64,000 bases of DNA. Source: Aplysia californica. Lineage: Eukaryota. Positions 25,201-35,836 of the stretch are shown piece by piece. The notes under the pieces were generated by a model. The model had not been told where the DNA came from. It saw nothing but the letters and a program-made list of their open reading frames with translations, and searched no databases. Numbering within the stretch: position 1 is the first letter of the stretch; every line of letters starts with the position of its first letter. The position numbers and the translations under genes were made by a program. The DNA lies in the NCBI RefSeq assembly GCF_000002075.1, contig NW_004797574.1, forward strand, positions 571,329-635,328, given 5' to 3'.

Positions 25201-28200
25201 AGGTGGTATGGAAGAACAGCAGTTTACCAATACAGCCTTTTTGGGGGGAATTTAGTAATGGTCAGTTCTCCTTCCCCCCGCGCGCTCTTTTGGTGCTGGA
25301 GGCGGAGCCTGTTTCACCGATGAACCGATCACTCGGATGTTGAGAGTTTTTTGCTCTTAATTCTCTAGCTTTTGTCAGAACTGTTGTAGGTTGCTATGAA
25401 GGACAGAACTATTTGCCCCTGACATAACTATTATCCTTGTGATGCCTGTGTGTTGACCGAGGACTTGAGCTTCCTCTTGAGACTGTAGAGTTGACTCTCC
25501 TCTTCCTAGTGACAGCATCTCGGGTAAATAGCTGATGATACTGTTCTTGTTTTTAAATAGTTCCTTGTCCTTTAAAAAAATGTATTTACATATCTGAGGA
25601 AAGGAAAATGGCGTGCTTGGAAAATAATGTCTATTGGACAGGCAAACCAGAGTCTTGTAGTCATTATTCCATTGTTAGCAGGGCTTGCTTTTTGTTTTTG
25701 ACTGGTCATAGGGGGTGTGAATATTAACCCTTTCGTTGCCATGGGGGAATGCGTTCTTAATGTCAGCCCTGATTTCCAGCTGAGCTTATTCAGGACAGCA
25801 GTCTCATGTCTCATTGTTAGTGGACTTGTGGTCTAGGTCTAGCCCACTCGTGACATATTTTGGTCTTCGATTGTGTCACTTCCCTCATTCCCTAAATGCT
25901 CCAACTTACTCATAGTTTTGAATAATTTGCAAGTCTTTAATAAAACTGAAATTTTCTGTTTAAAGTTATTTTGATGTATACGTTTTGCGAGAGCACGCAG
26001 CCGTCCGCAAGACTAGATCTTTGTTTATTGATGGCTTGCAAGCCTAGCAGTAATGTAGTGCAAGCAAGTTTGGTACCGATGTGCACATCTTTTATTCTCA
26101 AATGCGAGTACCTGCAGTGCTTGTGTTAAAACTCTACCTAAGAATTAGAGCCAAGTGATTAATGTAATGTCGTATAGGTAACAGGAGCAGAAAATTTAGC
26201 TAACTTTCGTGGTGTCGTTAGTACGGTACGAAGCTCAAATATATTTCGTGACGTGCCAAGTACGTCGTAAGGCAACAAAGGGGTTAACGGGGAAGAAATT
26301 TTTTATTTTCTCAAAGTCTGTTTCACAATGTTTAGGTATATGATTAGCCTTACGGCATTGGACCTGTGGAGAAATACTTTACCCTGAAATGTTTTGTAAC
26401 TGATGTTTAGAGGGGGTGCAATTTGTAGTGCTATAGTGCTTGACCCTACAACAGAACTCTGTAACTTTTGACCTGTTGGAATGTCAGCTGGAGGACACCA
26501 TGGTTTTTTTAAATTTTTTTATTTTTGGCACTTCTTTTTTTGGTATTTCTCTTTTTTTCCTTTAATGGACTTCTTTTTTTTTTAAAAAACTTTTTTCCCA
26601 TCCCCTTCTTTTTCTTAGGCGTCCAACTAGTGGTTCAAGACATAAGAATTGAAATTTTCGGTATGCTAATAATCTTGGTAACTCGCTATTTATTTTTGTA
26701 CCCTATCAATGTTCAGTTGGCAACCTGCATGTGTTCCTATCTTTTTTCGTTTAAAACTATTTTGTTGGCTTTTGTGCTGGGTTTTTTTTTTTGGTAAAGA
26801 ACTTTTTTCATTAAGGTAAAGTGATGTCTCCTTTCTTTCTTTTTTTTTTAAATTTTAGAATTTTTTAAGTTTGACAGTGAGTAAAATGTTTATTGCCTGT
26901 TGTGTACCTTTTTTTGGCCTTCTGTGTACACAAGTATTGTAGACTGTTGCATGAATATACTGAGTACACTGTTTTATTTTACCTCTTTGTGCTACACCCC
27001 ACTGGTCTCTGAAAATGAGGATTGGGAATGTTCTTCAGCGTAGAAAAATTGCCACTTTTTTTGTTTTAGACCTGCATGTTTGCCGACAATCGTCTGAAAT
27101 CCGACAATCGCAACCCGACCCGCGAGCCAGCCGATGCTATCGCTAGGCCCACCTGTATCAGTCAATGTGCGTAGTGGGAGGTCTGGCTGACTGCCAGCGC
27201 CCCCCTTTTTCTCCCGTCGACTTTGTCGGCACTTTCGTTTTCGTGCCGACTGCCAACGTAGGCGTTTCCGACATAATTGTCGGAACCTGAGTAGAAAAGC
27301 GAATACGAAAAAGGACGACGACCTAGATTATCTACTTTCAGTTTCGTGCTCGAGCGGCCATTTTGAATTTCGTTTGTTGACTAATTCAATTGTTCAGATC
27401 GTGAGGATTCATTCAAGTCCGACTCACTTGTTCAGATAGCATCTAGATCTAGATTTATAGATCATTATAGACCTCAATGGAGGATTCATATTCCAATTCT
27501 ATTGTGTCAAACCCTATCATAGGTTGTGCTGTAATGTTAATGTTGGTAAAAAGCATTTCATCAGGTGCGTGAATTATTTATTTATTTAGATTCTAGATAT
27601 AGATATAGACTCGGCTGAGTCCCTCTGTTCGGAATCGGGTGCGGGTTTCTTGTTCAAGGCCTATTCCTATTCACTTGTTCTACAAGATCTAGATCTAGAT
27701 TTATTTAGATTTCTAGATCTATATGGAGGATTCATATTTCAATTCTATTGTGTGTTGTATCAAACCCAATTATAGCAATGGAGATGTAGGCCATGCCATA
27801 TATTATGCTCCTTGTTTGTTTTGGAGTGTGGTTTTTAATTTTAAATTTTTAAATATTATTTTGGACTTGTGCTGGCCTTTTTACATGAGGCCCGTTGCAG
27901 GTTCTTTTTAGGGGTAGGGTTAGGGTTAGGTCTCTTCTTTATTGGGTGATCGCTCGTTACTCGGAAGTCCTTCCTGGCTTATGACACCCACAAAATTGAC
28001 AAACGCTCTTATGGGGGGGGGGGGGGGCACAAAATTTTCAGACAAACTGGTTGAGGCTCACATGCAGGTCTATTGTTTGTTTATAAGGGCTGAAAGTTTT
28101 TTCCCCTTTATTTAAATCTGTGTAGAAATAAAATGCCTATGGGTTTTCACAAAAGAAGCGGAGACGAGGAAAAATATTGGTACTCTGGCCTTGAAACAAT

Positions 28201-31200
28201 TTTTACATGTGTGTGTCGCAACGTGGTGGAATTGGGCGCTTGTCAATTTTTGGGCACGTGGAGTTGTTGGTATTATTCTAAAGCTTGTTCGTTTGTCTTG
28301 TGTTCAATAAAAACAATACCCATCTATTGTGAATAGAAATCAAGATATTTGCAATTGAAAGAGGTGGGGATGACTTGGTTTCAAAGGTAAAATTAGCCGG
28401 AAAATGGCAGCCAACGTTTGGTTACTTCCATAGAGTCCTTAAAACTGAAGAAAAAAAATTGGGGGCCTTCAGTAAATGTTTTTCAGTAAAAATCCCCACT
28501 GAAATGTATTTTTTAAATGGTCTTAAAAAGTGTTGAACCTAAAAGCAATTCGATAAAACTGCTAGTTGTAAAATGCCGGATTCTTTTATTTCATTATTAT
28601 GACGGGCACCTGATTTCCCCCACAAAGCTTCTCATAGGTATAAGAAAGTTGAATTTTGTGTTTCATGGTTGTGTCAGTTTTAAGTTGTTAGTTGGGTCAC
28701 TATCAGCCTTGCAAATAAGCTGTTATTCCTCCCGGGAAACTCAAAAGGTGTCCTCCATAACCTGATATCAACTCTTGCTGTTGTGGATTCAGCTGCACCA
28801 TTGTTTTTAGTACTGTTTTCAATTCAATGGTAATGGAAAAACTATTCACCGCTGCAAGTTAGACTTGATGAAAAGTAAAAGTATGCCCCCACAACAGGTC
28901 ATGATATACAAGTATTGTCACTTCCAGCCCATGATGTGTACACTAACGACCTACCAGATACTCTGGTAAAATATTACCTGTCCGATATACCCCCCCGCTA
29001 AAATTCATACCATTGCGCAGAATTAAGTTTTTTCCTTTAATTTTACAAATATACGACCATAAACCCCTGATACAGATTTTTAAATGATATATTTTCTGTT
29101 AAGCTACCCCAACCCATGTCCACCCTCCCACAATATTAATTTTTAAAAACAACCTCAAAACAATCAGACCCGGCAGTCGACATTCACACCGTCTGTGCAC
29201 AGAACCCATTGTACAATAGTCACTCAGTGCCACTTTGCCTTGAGAAAACATAGTTTGACTAGGTGTTAAATTCCTGAACTTTGCCTAGGCCAGTGAGAGA
29301 ATTTTGAAAACATGGATCCTTGGAAACAATCAGCTACAACACACAGTATGGTGTGTTGTGATGCACAATCAGGAGCAAAAGTTTGTGTCGCCTCCTGTTG
29401 ATTTCTTTTGTTTTTACAAGAATCAAGCAGACAACTAGTAACTAATCCTCTCCCCTTGATTTTTAACAATTCTAGGATGAGCACACCAAGACCTTTTTCA
29501 TTTCATATATAATGCTTGTGTTTACATTACTTCCACCCTTGGCCTTGACACTCCATGGAAAAAAGACTATCCATTGCAATATTTTTGCGAAATTTTTAAA
29601 GCCAGATTACTTAATTTTTATTTGTTGATTACTAAAACATGTGCAGGTGGGGGGTCAACCGAGGGAAGAACCGCGATTTGATTTGTTTAAATCCCTTTTT
29701 TCTTTGTTTCTTGGGTGCTGTTTCCATCAGTCACATGCGACTTATTGCAAGTGATCTGAAAATACCCATTTTTCATTGCATTTATTAATGCAGCTTACCA
29801 TAAACAGCATTTAAATAACACATTTTAGGGTTTTTTAAATGTTCTTTTTTGGTGAGGATTTTGGGGAAACTTTTTGGTCATTGAACGGTTGGCAGTTCTG
29901 AAACCAGAGTGTGGATGCATAAGGCTGTCCATGTAACTGGCTATATAAGATTTATATAATAATGACTAACGTCAAAGTTCAACCTCACATACTGAAGTGG
30001 AGTGCATAAACAAGTTGGGGGGGGGGGGGGAGAGAGAGAGAGAGAGAGAGGTCTAGAAAGAAAGAGAGAGAGAGAGAGAGGGGGGGGGGGGGGGGTCTTT
30101 TGAAAAAATACTCAAACTGATCTTTGGGTGGACAAAAATTGTTCTTCTTGTGGATGTATTTGGAGCTGAAGAATGGCCATGGAAAGTGATGCCCCTTTGG
30201 GTTAGAATGTGAGGTGAGATGGTTAAAAATTAACGCCCTTGCATTTGAGTGCTTAGCGAAATGATTGATGATTAAATGCCGTCTTCTTATTGACAAATTA
30301 TAGATTTTTTGGCCTTTGTGGTTTAAATAGAAAGCCTTTTTAAAAAGCAAAGACAGTTTCTTTTTTTACATGAAATTTGTAAAATACTGGCTCAAAAATG
30401 GCATTTAATGGAAAGATCAGTTTATTTTATTTTCTGTTAGAATAAAGCGTGGGATTTTTTTGCATGGAACTTCCCGCGAAGCTCAGAAGGTACGCTGGGA
30501 GCACTCAGTACACTGCGTAGGCCGGTGCAAAGGTAGCTGGGATAGGGCTTGGTGTTTTTGTCAAAATGACAAATCTGGATGTTTACGGCAATGAATACAG
30601 GTTTGCGATGATCTCGATGGTGGAAAAAAAAATAAGCTCCATATATTTGTCAGTTTGTCCCAAATCTCTGCCACTCTACCAGGAATCAAGATGGCCATCG
30701 GTGCCATCCTGTTTTACGGTCAACTTCATGCTTGTCCATAAGTAGGTGGAATAACAGGTTTCACTATATATTTCCCCAATTGCTTTGTATCCTCGTCCGC
30801 GTTCTTGGGGAAGCAGTCGGGCTTCGCAAGTTGAACTTGTCAGCGGTCCTGTATGTGTTAAAATATTTGTGGTTGTCGTATTCAATCCCACCTGATTGAA
30901 TGTTCTGTGTCATAGTTTCCTCTTCAGCGTCTATATGGCATGCATTGACACTTTGAGCCAGCAAGTCTGACATCTCCAAATGACACCCAAAACTTTTTAA
31001 TGTCTTGTGTCAGGCTGCTCATACTCACACACTTGCTTTTGTTCCTTTATTTCAATGTCCTCTGCGTTGTAGCCACCAATAGGAGTTCATAGGATTCTCT
31101 GGAAACATTTAGGTCATCCTTTACATTTAAAAAGATTTCTACTGATCCCTATGCTGATCATTCTGCCACGGACAAGAGCTCTCAACAGAAGAATGCACCT

Positions 31201-34200
31201 AATGCCATCTCCCGTAATGTTTCTCTAGAAATGCCAGACCAACAGACCGCGCTGCATCAAGGCTTGCTGCCCACAGAAGCCCAGGTCTCTTAGAAATTGA
31301 AGGTAGTGTACGTCCCAGCTTTTGATGAAATGCATCCAGAACTGTAATGACATCCTCATAGTTTTCCTCTTTGATTTGGGCAAGGATTTTGTATGTGTAT
31401 GTTAGGCATGTCGCCAACCATGAAAGCAAAAGATATTGTTTTTCTTGCATTGACCTCATAAGTTTTAGATGACATCATGCAGAACAGACTTACTTGGCAG
31501 GTGGATGTAGGGTGCCACTGGTAGGTCCTACTGCTTTACTTTCCCTCTGGTTTTTCTTACTGTGTTACTTTTTCTGAGCACTAAATCGCCATTACTGTCG
31601 TTGTGCTTCTTTTTACTCAAACAAACAAAACAAACAAAAACTTACTTGGTGGCTCAAGGTAGGTTGCATGGTTATATACATTTTTTTTCCTGAGAGGAAG
31701 CTGAGAGCATGCTTGAGTCCCCACGAATGATGGAACATTGATCACCGGGGGGGAGGTAGGTTGCCATCATTGTCTACAAGCGGTAAGGCATGTACAGTCG
31801 AACCTGTCATAACGGAATCTCCCTCCTCCCCAATAATTACCTCTAAAATGGAAACTTGCCTAATGCAGAAACGGAAAGAGAAATTCCTTCCCTTTGGATT
31901 AGCATTACCGAAGATGGAATCTGCTTTGTCCACTCAGCCCTGATTTGACACAGAACGATCAAGTTTGGTCCAATCGGCTCTGACCTTTACATTATGCGGC
32001 TTGGTACGGAGCGGGAATAGGGATGTGACTTTACGCTTTGAGTTTTTTCCACTGTTTCCCAGAGTTTTTCTACAGTCACCTAAACCTAGTGTACTATGTC
32101 TCATTTTTACCTCCAAAGCTTGCCTCCAACTTCTCAATAGCGGAAACAAAGGCTTAGTCATTACTATAAAAAAAACCCCAAAAACTTGGTTCCGCAATAG
32201 TTCAGAAAAACAAGCAAAACTAGAACTAAATAAAACAAAACAGTTGTCACTAGTACTGTACGCTCCCAGAGTCCGATGGGGAACAGGGTTATGGGGTTCA
32301 AAGAGTTAAGGTTACTAGGTCTATGTTAGCCCTGAGCAGTGCAGATGGTCAGGATGGTATGGGTGTGAAATCTCACCAGTGCCTGTGAAAGTGCTTGAGT
32401 TGTGCTCTAGCAGGGAAACTTTCGTGGAGAGCAAGAGGTATGAAATCAATTTCACCAATGCTTTGATCATAGGGCCAGAAGAGAGAAAAAGGTTCCTCAA
32501 ATTGCTGGAGGGTGGCATTGATTGACTTCTTGTTACTTTGATGGATGGGGCTACGGTTGGAAGTAATTGAGATGTTTAATTGTTTTTAATAGGTCAAACA
32601 GTGGTCTTATATAACGCAAGCACTGGTGGCTGCAGATAATTAGGATTGCTGCATGTCGTTATCAGAGAGGCTAGGATAGCACTTGAGAGGTGTGAAGATT
32701 TGACCACTGCTTGCCGACCGGACGCCGGCTGAGCCTCTAGAACCCACCCCTGTCCAAGACGGAATTGTTTTCTTGATCCCTTATGATTCTGTCTTAGATA
32801 TGTTGGACTGTACATGTACTGCCCTCTGGAGTCTGTAGTGTTGGGGGACTTCAGGGTGGGCTGCTAATTTCATTTTTCTATTTTTCTATGGGACTTTGGT
32901 TGTAACAATTTCTTCTGTTGGCTTTTAACTATAGGTTTATGTACGTAAAGTTTGTCCAATGAGCCCCGGTAGCATCACCACTTAATAATTTGGATACAAT
33001 TAATTAAGTTTCAATAGTAATGGGGCTATTTCTTTACTTTCTTCAAGTCTTCAATGCTAGGAAATCCTATCTCATCCGGAGTGTTGCAGGGATTCCAAAC
33101 ACTTTCTCTCCTTTGTCTTATCCAGGCTTGACTACGGCTGTCAAGTCTATGGATCGGCAAGACCCAACATCTTAAAAATGCTAGATCCTGTACATATATA
33201 TTTACCAAGGACTCTGCCTGGCCATGGGGCTTGCCGCAATTCTCCAGGCGAGGCCAACATGCCATCACTAACATTCGCCGGAACGATACCTTTTTTTATA
33301 GTATTCAGTTAAACATGAGAAAACCCAGCGCACACAGCGGCATTTTTAGATCACATCCAGACTCAATGAACATTAAAAAACGACAAACTCTTTAAACCTT
33401 TCAGCATTAGAGTTCTTGAGGACCTCTAAAATATAAGACCTCCAAAAATGAGTTTCGACCTCCCACAGTGGCACCTCACCAAGGCAAAAGTAGACTTACA
33501 ATAACTCACCACACGCAACAAATCGTGCTCAAACACAAAAACATTCAAAGCTGCATACAAGATACCCTGGTGCAAAGCTTATTTTCACTGGTGGCTCTAA
33601 ATCCGCTTCAGCTGTGGGCGCTGCCGACCTGTCCACAAACAATACAACAATACCTACTAGAAGAGGTTCCATCCTGAAGCCTCCATTTTTTTCTACAGAA
33701 GCCACTGCCATTGATATGGCATTGGACTAAAAAATTATCCCTAAACATCGTTTCATATTCTGTCTGATTCCTCGTCTTGCCTCACGTCGCTCACAAGCCC
33801 TGCAATCCTACACTCGAAAGTTTTTAACTGAACAGGGGGAAAGTATTGTGTTTGCTTGGCTGCCTAGTCATGTGGGCATCTGAGGAAACGAGCTGGTCAG
33901 TCTACTGGCGAAGGAATCCTTGTTCCTCCTGTTAGGATCAATGGAGAACCGTACACACACACACACAGACAGACTTTAAAAATAAGGTCAAAAGCTACAC
34001 CTGCTATCTGTGGGAGAAACACTGAAGTGAACAATTAAATATCAAGCGGCAGTGTTATACCCAAACTGGCCTCTCTAGAAGAGATGTTGTTTTTACTTGA
34101 TTGTGCATTGGTTATACCTCCCTCTCCCAATGTACAACATAAAAAATTTTTCTGTCGTTCATCCCAACAGAATTTTTGCCGTATAATTTTTAACCTGATT

Positions 34201-35689
34201 GAACTAAAATCAAGCCGAATACAGCCAACTTGTTTTGCACACTCACTGACTTTTTGCATTTGTGAGCGCCATAAAACTAACTGTAAACGTAAGTAAATCA
34301 TTTAGTAAATGGGTTGTGTGGTGGTAGAACTCCCCCTCCCGCCAAGCACTGGGTGTAATATTGTATCCTGTGCCGTATAAGTTAAATGCTACAAGGATGA
34401 GTCGCAGATAATGGGGTGGTGTGAAGAAGTGACTGACCATACCGTGTTTGTGGCAGACAAGTCTTCTTTTTTTAGTGTACCATCTTGCTTTTGGTCCTTT
34501 TAGCATTTTGTCAGTGATAGATGAGAGGCCACGGTCCTGCTTTTACTATGCCCTGGACTAGTAGCATTGCTGTCCTTTCTGTGTTGGCAGGGTTTCTTCG
34601 GTGTGGTGGAATTCTTGTGTGCCTTTGTCTCTCCCCTTTATTTTTTAGGACAGAAGCATGTTTTCTCTTTCACTGGCTGGAAGAGGCCTATGTTGTGACT
34701 ATTTATTACATGTCGGGGATATTTCTGTGAAACCAATTTAAAAAGATAATCGACAGTCTTGTAAGTGTAGTTATTTTTGTAGAAGCACTCAGTTTGAACC
34801 CTTTTTTTTTTTCGTAACGAGTCCACAAATATGTTACGTTTTTCAGGCTACCAAGCGTGCGGAACTTGCATCCAAGTGAAAGTACTATGTATTTTCATTT
34901 TTGGTGTTTCATTTTGATATGTTACTCTTGGAAGTCCAGTTGATAATAGACCCTTTGGGAAAGAACCCTTTCCAATCCTCAATTTATTACTTTGGACTTG
35001 GGGGGCTGTTACTTTTTTCTTTAAATAAAAAATTTGTATTGCATGTGTTGGGTTGTTTTTTTGTGCCGTTTTGTATTCTCTTTAACGTGCACAACTGTTG
35101 GTTCTACGACAATGTGGACAAGTTTTCCTCTTTCACTGGACTAGGTCCTTTGTTTTGTTTTTCACCCCCCTCCTTCAACCTTGTGAACATTTTCTGCATG
35201 CTCAATTGGATGTGGGTTTGTTTTTTGTTTTTTTTAATCCACTGACAATGAACTATTCTGCATTGGTCTTGATGACTTTTATTATTGGCTATGGGGAGAT
35301 CAATTCTATTTGATTTCCAGTGTCCATTACGAGTTTCTGATCTGATAGTGAGCCTACTAAGAATTGGGGGTGGTTATTAATCTTGTTCTCTGAATTGGGT
35401 CAGTCTTGGGGTTAATGTACATGATGCGGTATTTTCTGGTTCTTGATTCGTGTAGCAGTAACTTTTTGTCTCTGTGAAACAGACTTTGAAAGTTTGATTT
35501 AAAAGCAAGCTCAGGTCTCTGAATGATCGTATGTTTCCTCAAGAATAAATGTTTTTATGATATTAGTCATGTGCCTTTTGTCTGTGGTCTGATGATGTGT
35601 GTACTCATTTCATAGCACTCACGATGTTTCTCTTCTTTTTTTTTCCTTTCCAGGCCCAAGGCAAACCCAATGAATGCAAACAGCAATAG
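13245..35689 (+). CDS. NAP1L1: Nucleosome assembly protein 1-like (NAP1L1/NAP1L4 family histone chaperone), spliced gene span; 15 core coding exons, 397 aa (402 aa with microexon)
   Basis: Exons 13245-13261, 13857-13909, 14920-15037, 15377-15518, 16036-16140, 16720-16792, 18106-18182, 19038-19106, 19763-19902, 20392-20537, 21283-21308, 21578-21694, 23221-23244, (23924-23938), 25055-25105, 35654-35689. All introns are GT-AG with consistent phases. Family motifs: LPKEVKRRIKALKKLQ, KGIPSFWLTIFKNV, FEPNEYF, KKKQKHKGRG, DSFFNFF, ADFEIGHFIRERIVPRAVLFFTGEA, acidic tail, ECKQQ*. Confidence 0.96.
13857..13909 (+). CDS. NAP1L1: NAP1L coding exon 2 (PSSETVEDVEEELDGEA)
   Basis: ttcccattcaag| ... GCAG|gtcagt; acidic N-terminus in frame. 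Confidence 0.85.
13959..14282. mobile_element. hAT-like MITE
   Basis: Termini TAGGCCTGCCAAC / GTTGACAGGCCTG with subterminal TTCCCGAT repeats; TSD not clear. Confidence 0.6.
14920..15037 (+). CDS. NAP1L1: NAP1L coding exon 3 (VEAGDSQAIAAQLMKNPGVLAALQDKL...GYIQS)
   Basis: cccttag| ... AG|gttggt; conserved NAP1 N-terminal helix. Confidence 0.93.
15377..15518 (+). CDS. NAP1L1: NAP1L coding exon 4 (LPKEVKRRIKALKKLQ...LFEK), dimerisation helix
   Basis: tttcag| ... AAG|gtgagc. Confidence 0.96.
15795..15965 (+). repeat. Family A retroposon copy in a NAP1L intron
   Basis: Reverse complement of 645-822, with ACTAAA tail. Confidence 0.8.
16036..16140 (+). CDS. NAP1L1: NAP1L coding exon 5 (RKEVVSAAREPTDEECDWPSDEEE...KLA)
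   Basis: ctttcag| ... GCA|gtgagt; EPTxEECxW motif. Confidence 0.95.
16720..16792 (+). CDS. NAP1L1: NAP1L coding exon 6 (GELKDKTSLEGAKEAGGDGEEKKA)
   Basis: ctcaacag| ... G|gtaagt; supplies the phase 0 to phase 1 link the flanking exons require. Confidence 0.88.
18106..18182 (+). CDS. NAP1L1: NAP1L coding exon 7 (EDTKGIPSFWLTIFKNVDMLSEMVQ)
   Basis: ttgttacag| ... CAG|gtatgt; GIPxFW signature. Confidence 0.96.
19038..19106 (+). CDS. NAP1L1: NAP1L coding exon 8 (EHDEPIMAHLQDIQVVIHDKDPV)
   Basis: ttcctcag| ... GTT|gtaagt. Confidence 0.94.
19763..19902 (+). CDS. NAP1L1: NAP1L coding exon 9 (GFSLEFRFEPNEYFTETVLTKRY...GPEIIKCTG)
   Basis: ctttgcag| ... GG|gtaagt. Confidence 0.96.
20392..20537 (+). 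CDS. NAP1L1: NAP1L coding exon 10 (CTITWNKGKNVTVKQIKKKQKHKGRG...DSFFNFFNPPA), includes basic NLS hairpin
   Basis: ttttcag| ... G|gtttgt. Confidence 0.96.
21283..21308 (+). CDS. NAP1L1: NAP1L coding exon 11, 26-nt microexon (VPEGSESEV)
   Basis: tttttgcag|TCCCAGAAGGATCTGAATCTGAAGTG|gtaagt; needed to restore frame (phase 1 to 0). Confidence 0.9.
21578..21694 (+). CDS. NAP1L1: NAP1L coding exon 12 (DEEIEALLGADFEIGHFIRERIVPRAVLFFTGEAIENDD)
   Basis: caactag| ... GAT|gtaagt. Confidence 0.96.
22351..23145. mobile_element. Tc1/mariner-pogo-type MITE
   Basis: Perfect 23-bp TIR CAGTAGTCTCCGCCTAAGATCCC with TA on both flanks. Confidence 0.9.
23221..23244 (+). CDS. NAP1L1: NAP1L coding exon 13, 24-nt microexon (YDDEENEE)
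   Basis: ttttgcccacag|TATGATGATGAGGAGAATGAAGAG|gtaagc; acidic tail. Confidence 0.88.
23924..23938 (+). CDS. NAP1L1: Candidate 15-nt cassette microexon of NAP1L (SSSSD)
   Basis: ttgttgttttgcag|AGCTCTAGTAGCGAT|gtaagt; phase 0/0, no stop. Confidence 0.6.
25055..25105 (+). CDS. NAP1L1: NAP1L coding exon 14 (GEDDEYDEDNDPDFNPE)
   Basis: ttgtcctcag| ... GAG|gtaaga; DPD(F/Y)xP motif. Confidence 0.92.
25728..26283. mobile_element. piggyBac-like MITE in the NAP1L last intron
   Basis: TTAA|CCCTTTCGTTGCC ... GGCAACAAAGGGG|TTAA. Confidence 0.75.
27067..28072. mobile_element. Non-autonomous DNA transposon with apparent 6-bp TSD
   Basis: TIR TAGACCTGCATGT / ACATGCAGGTCTA, with TTGTTT on both flanks; internal duplication and a short TTAGGG-like run. 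Confidence 0.78.
30670..32900 (-). mobile_element. Probable highly decayed LINE remnant
   Basis: Fragmented coding-like sequence with a degenerate KFLGV-like RT thumb motif near 30980-30995; family not assignable. Confidence 0.35.
33030..34040 (+). mobile_element. Decayed Nimb/I-clade LINE fragment (RT C-terminus and RNase H)
   Basis: Frames give LDYGCQVYGSARPNILKMLDPVH, FTGGSK, TEATAIDMALD, ILSDS and FAWLPSHVGI*GNE. Confidence 0.85.
34847..34879 (+). CDS. NAP1L1: Candidate alternative last exon of NAP1L (ATKRAELASK*)
   Basis: gttacgtttttcag|GCTACCAAGCGT...AAGTGA in phase 0; AATAAA at 35024 and 35544 downstream; no transcript evidence. Confidence 0.3.
   Translation, partial: ATKRAELASK
35654..35689 (+). 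CDS. NAP1L1: NAP1L last coding exon (AQGKPNECKQQ*)
   Basis: Long pyrimidine tract ttttcctttccag|; ends in the family-conserved CKQQ prenylation motif, then TAG. Confidence 0.95.
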   Translation, partial: AQGKPNECKQQ

Positions 35690-35830
35690 AGTGTGTCATG
35701 CATGTGTGCGTCCTCGACTTTGGCGAATTGATTGTGATATTTGTACCGATTACATTGAAATCTCATGATGTCATGATCAATTGATGCTGTCCTAACTACT
35801 TGCTCCAGTTGCTTTGTATTCAATTTTAAG

Positions 35831-35836
35831 AATAAA
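35831..35836 (+). promoter_or_regulatory. Likely polyadenylation signal of NAP1L
   Basis: AATAAA about 140 nt after the stop codon, followed by GT/T-rich sequence. Confidence 0.65.

Noticed and set aside
27908-27930. Telomere or chromosome-fusion scar
   Set aside because: Only 3-4 imperfect units, lying inside a TIR-bounded element.
34580-34740. Additional acceptor-like sites (ttggcag, ttttttag) as NAP1L last exons
   Set aside because: They give hydrophobic, random-looking peptides. Such sites are common in T-rich introns, which also tempers the 34847 candidate.
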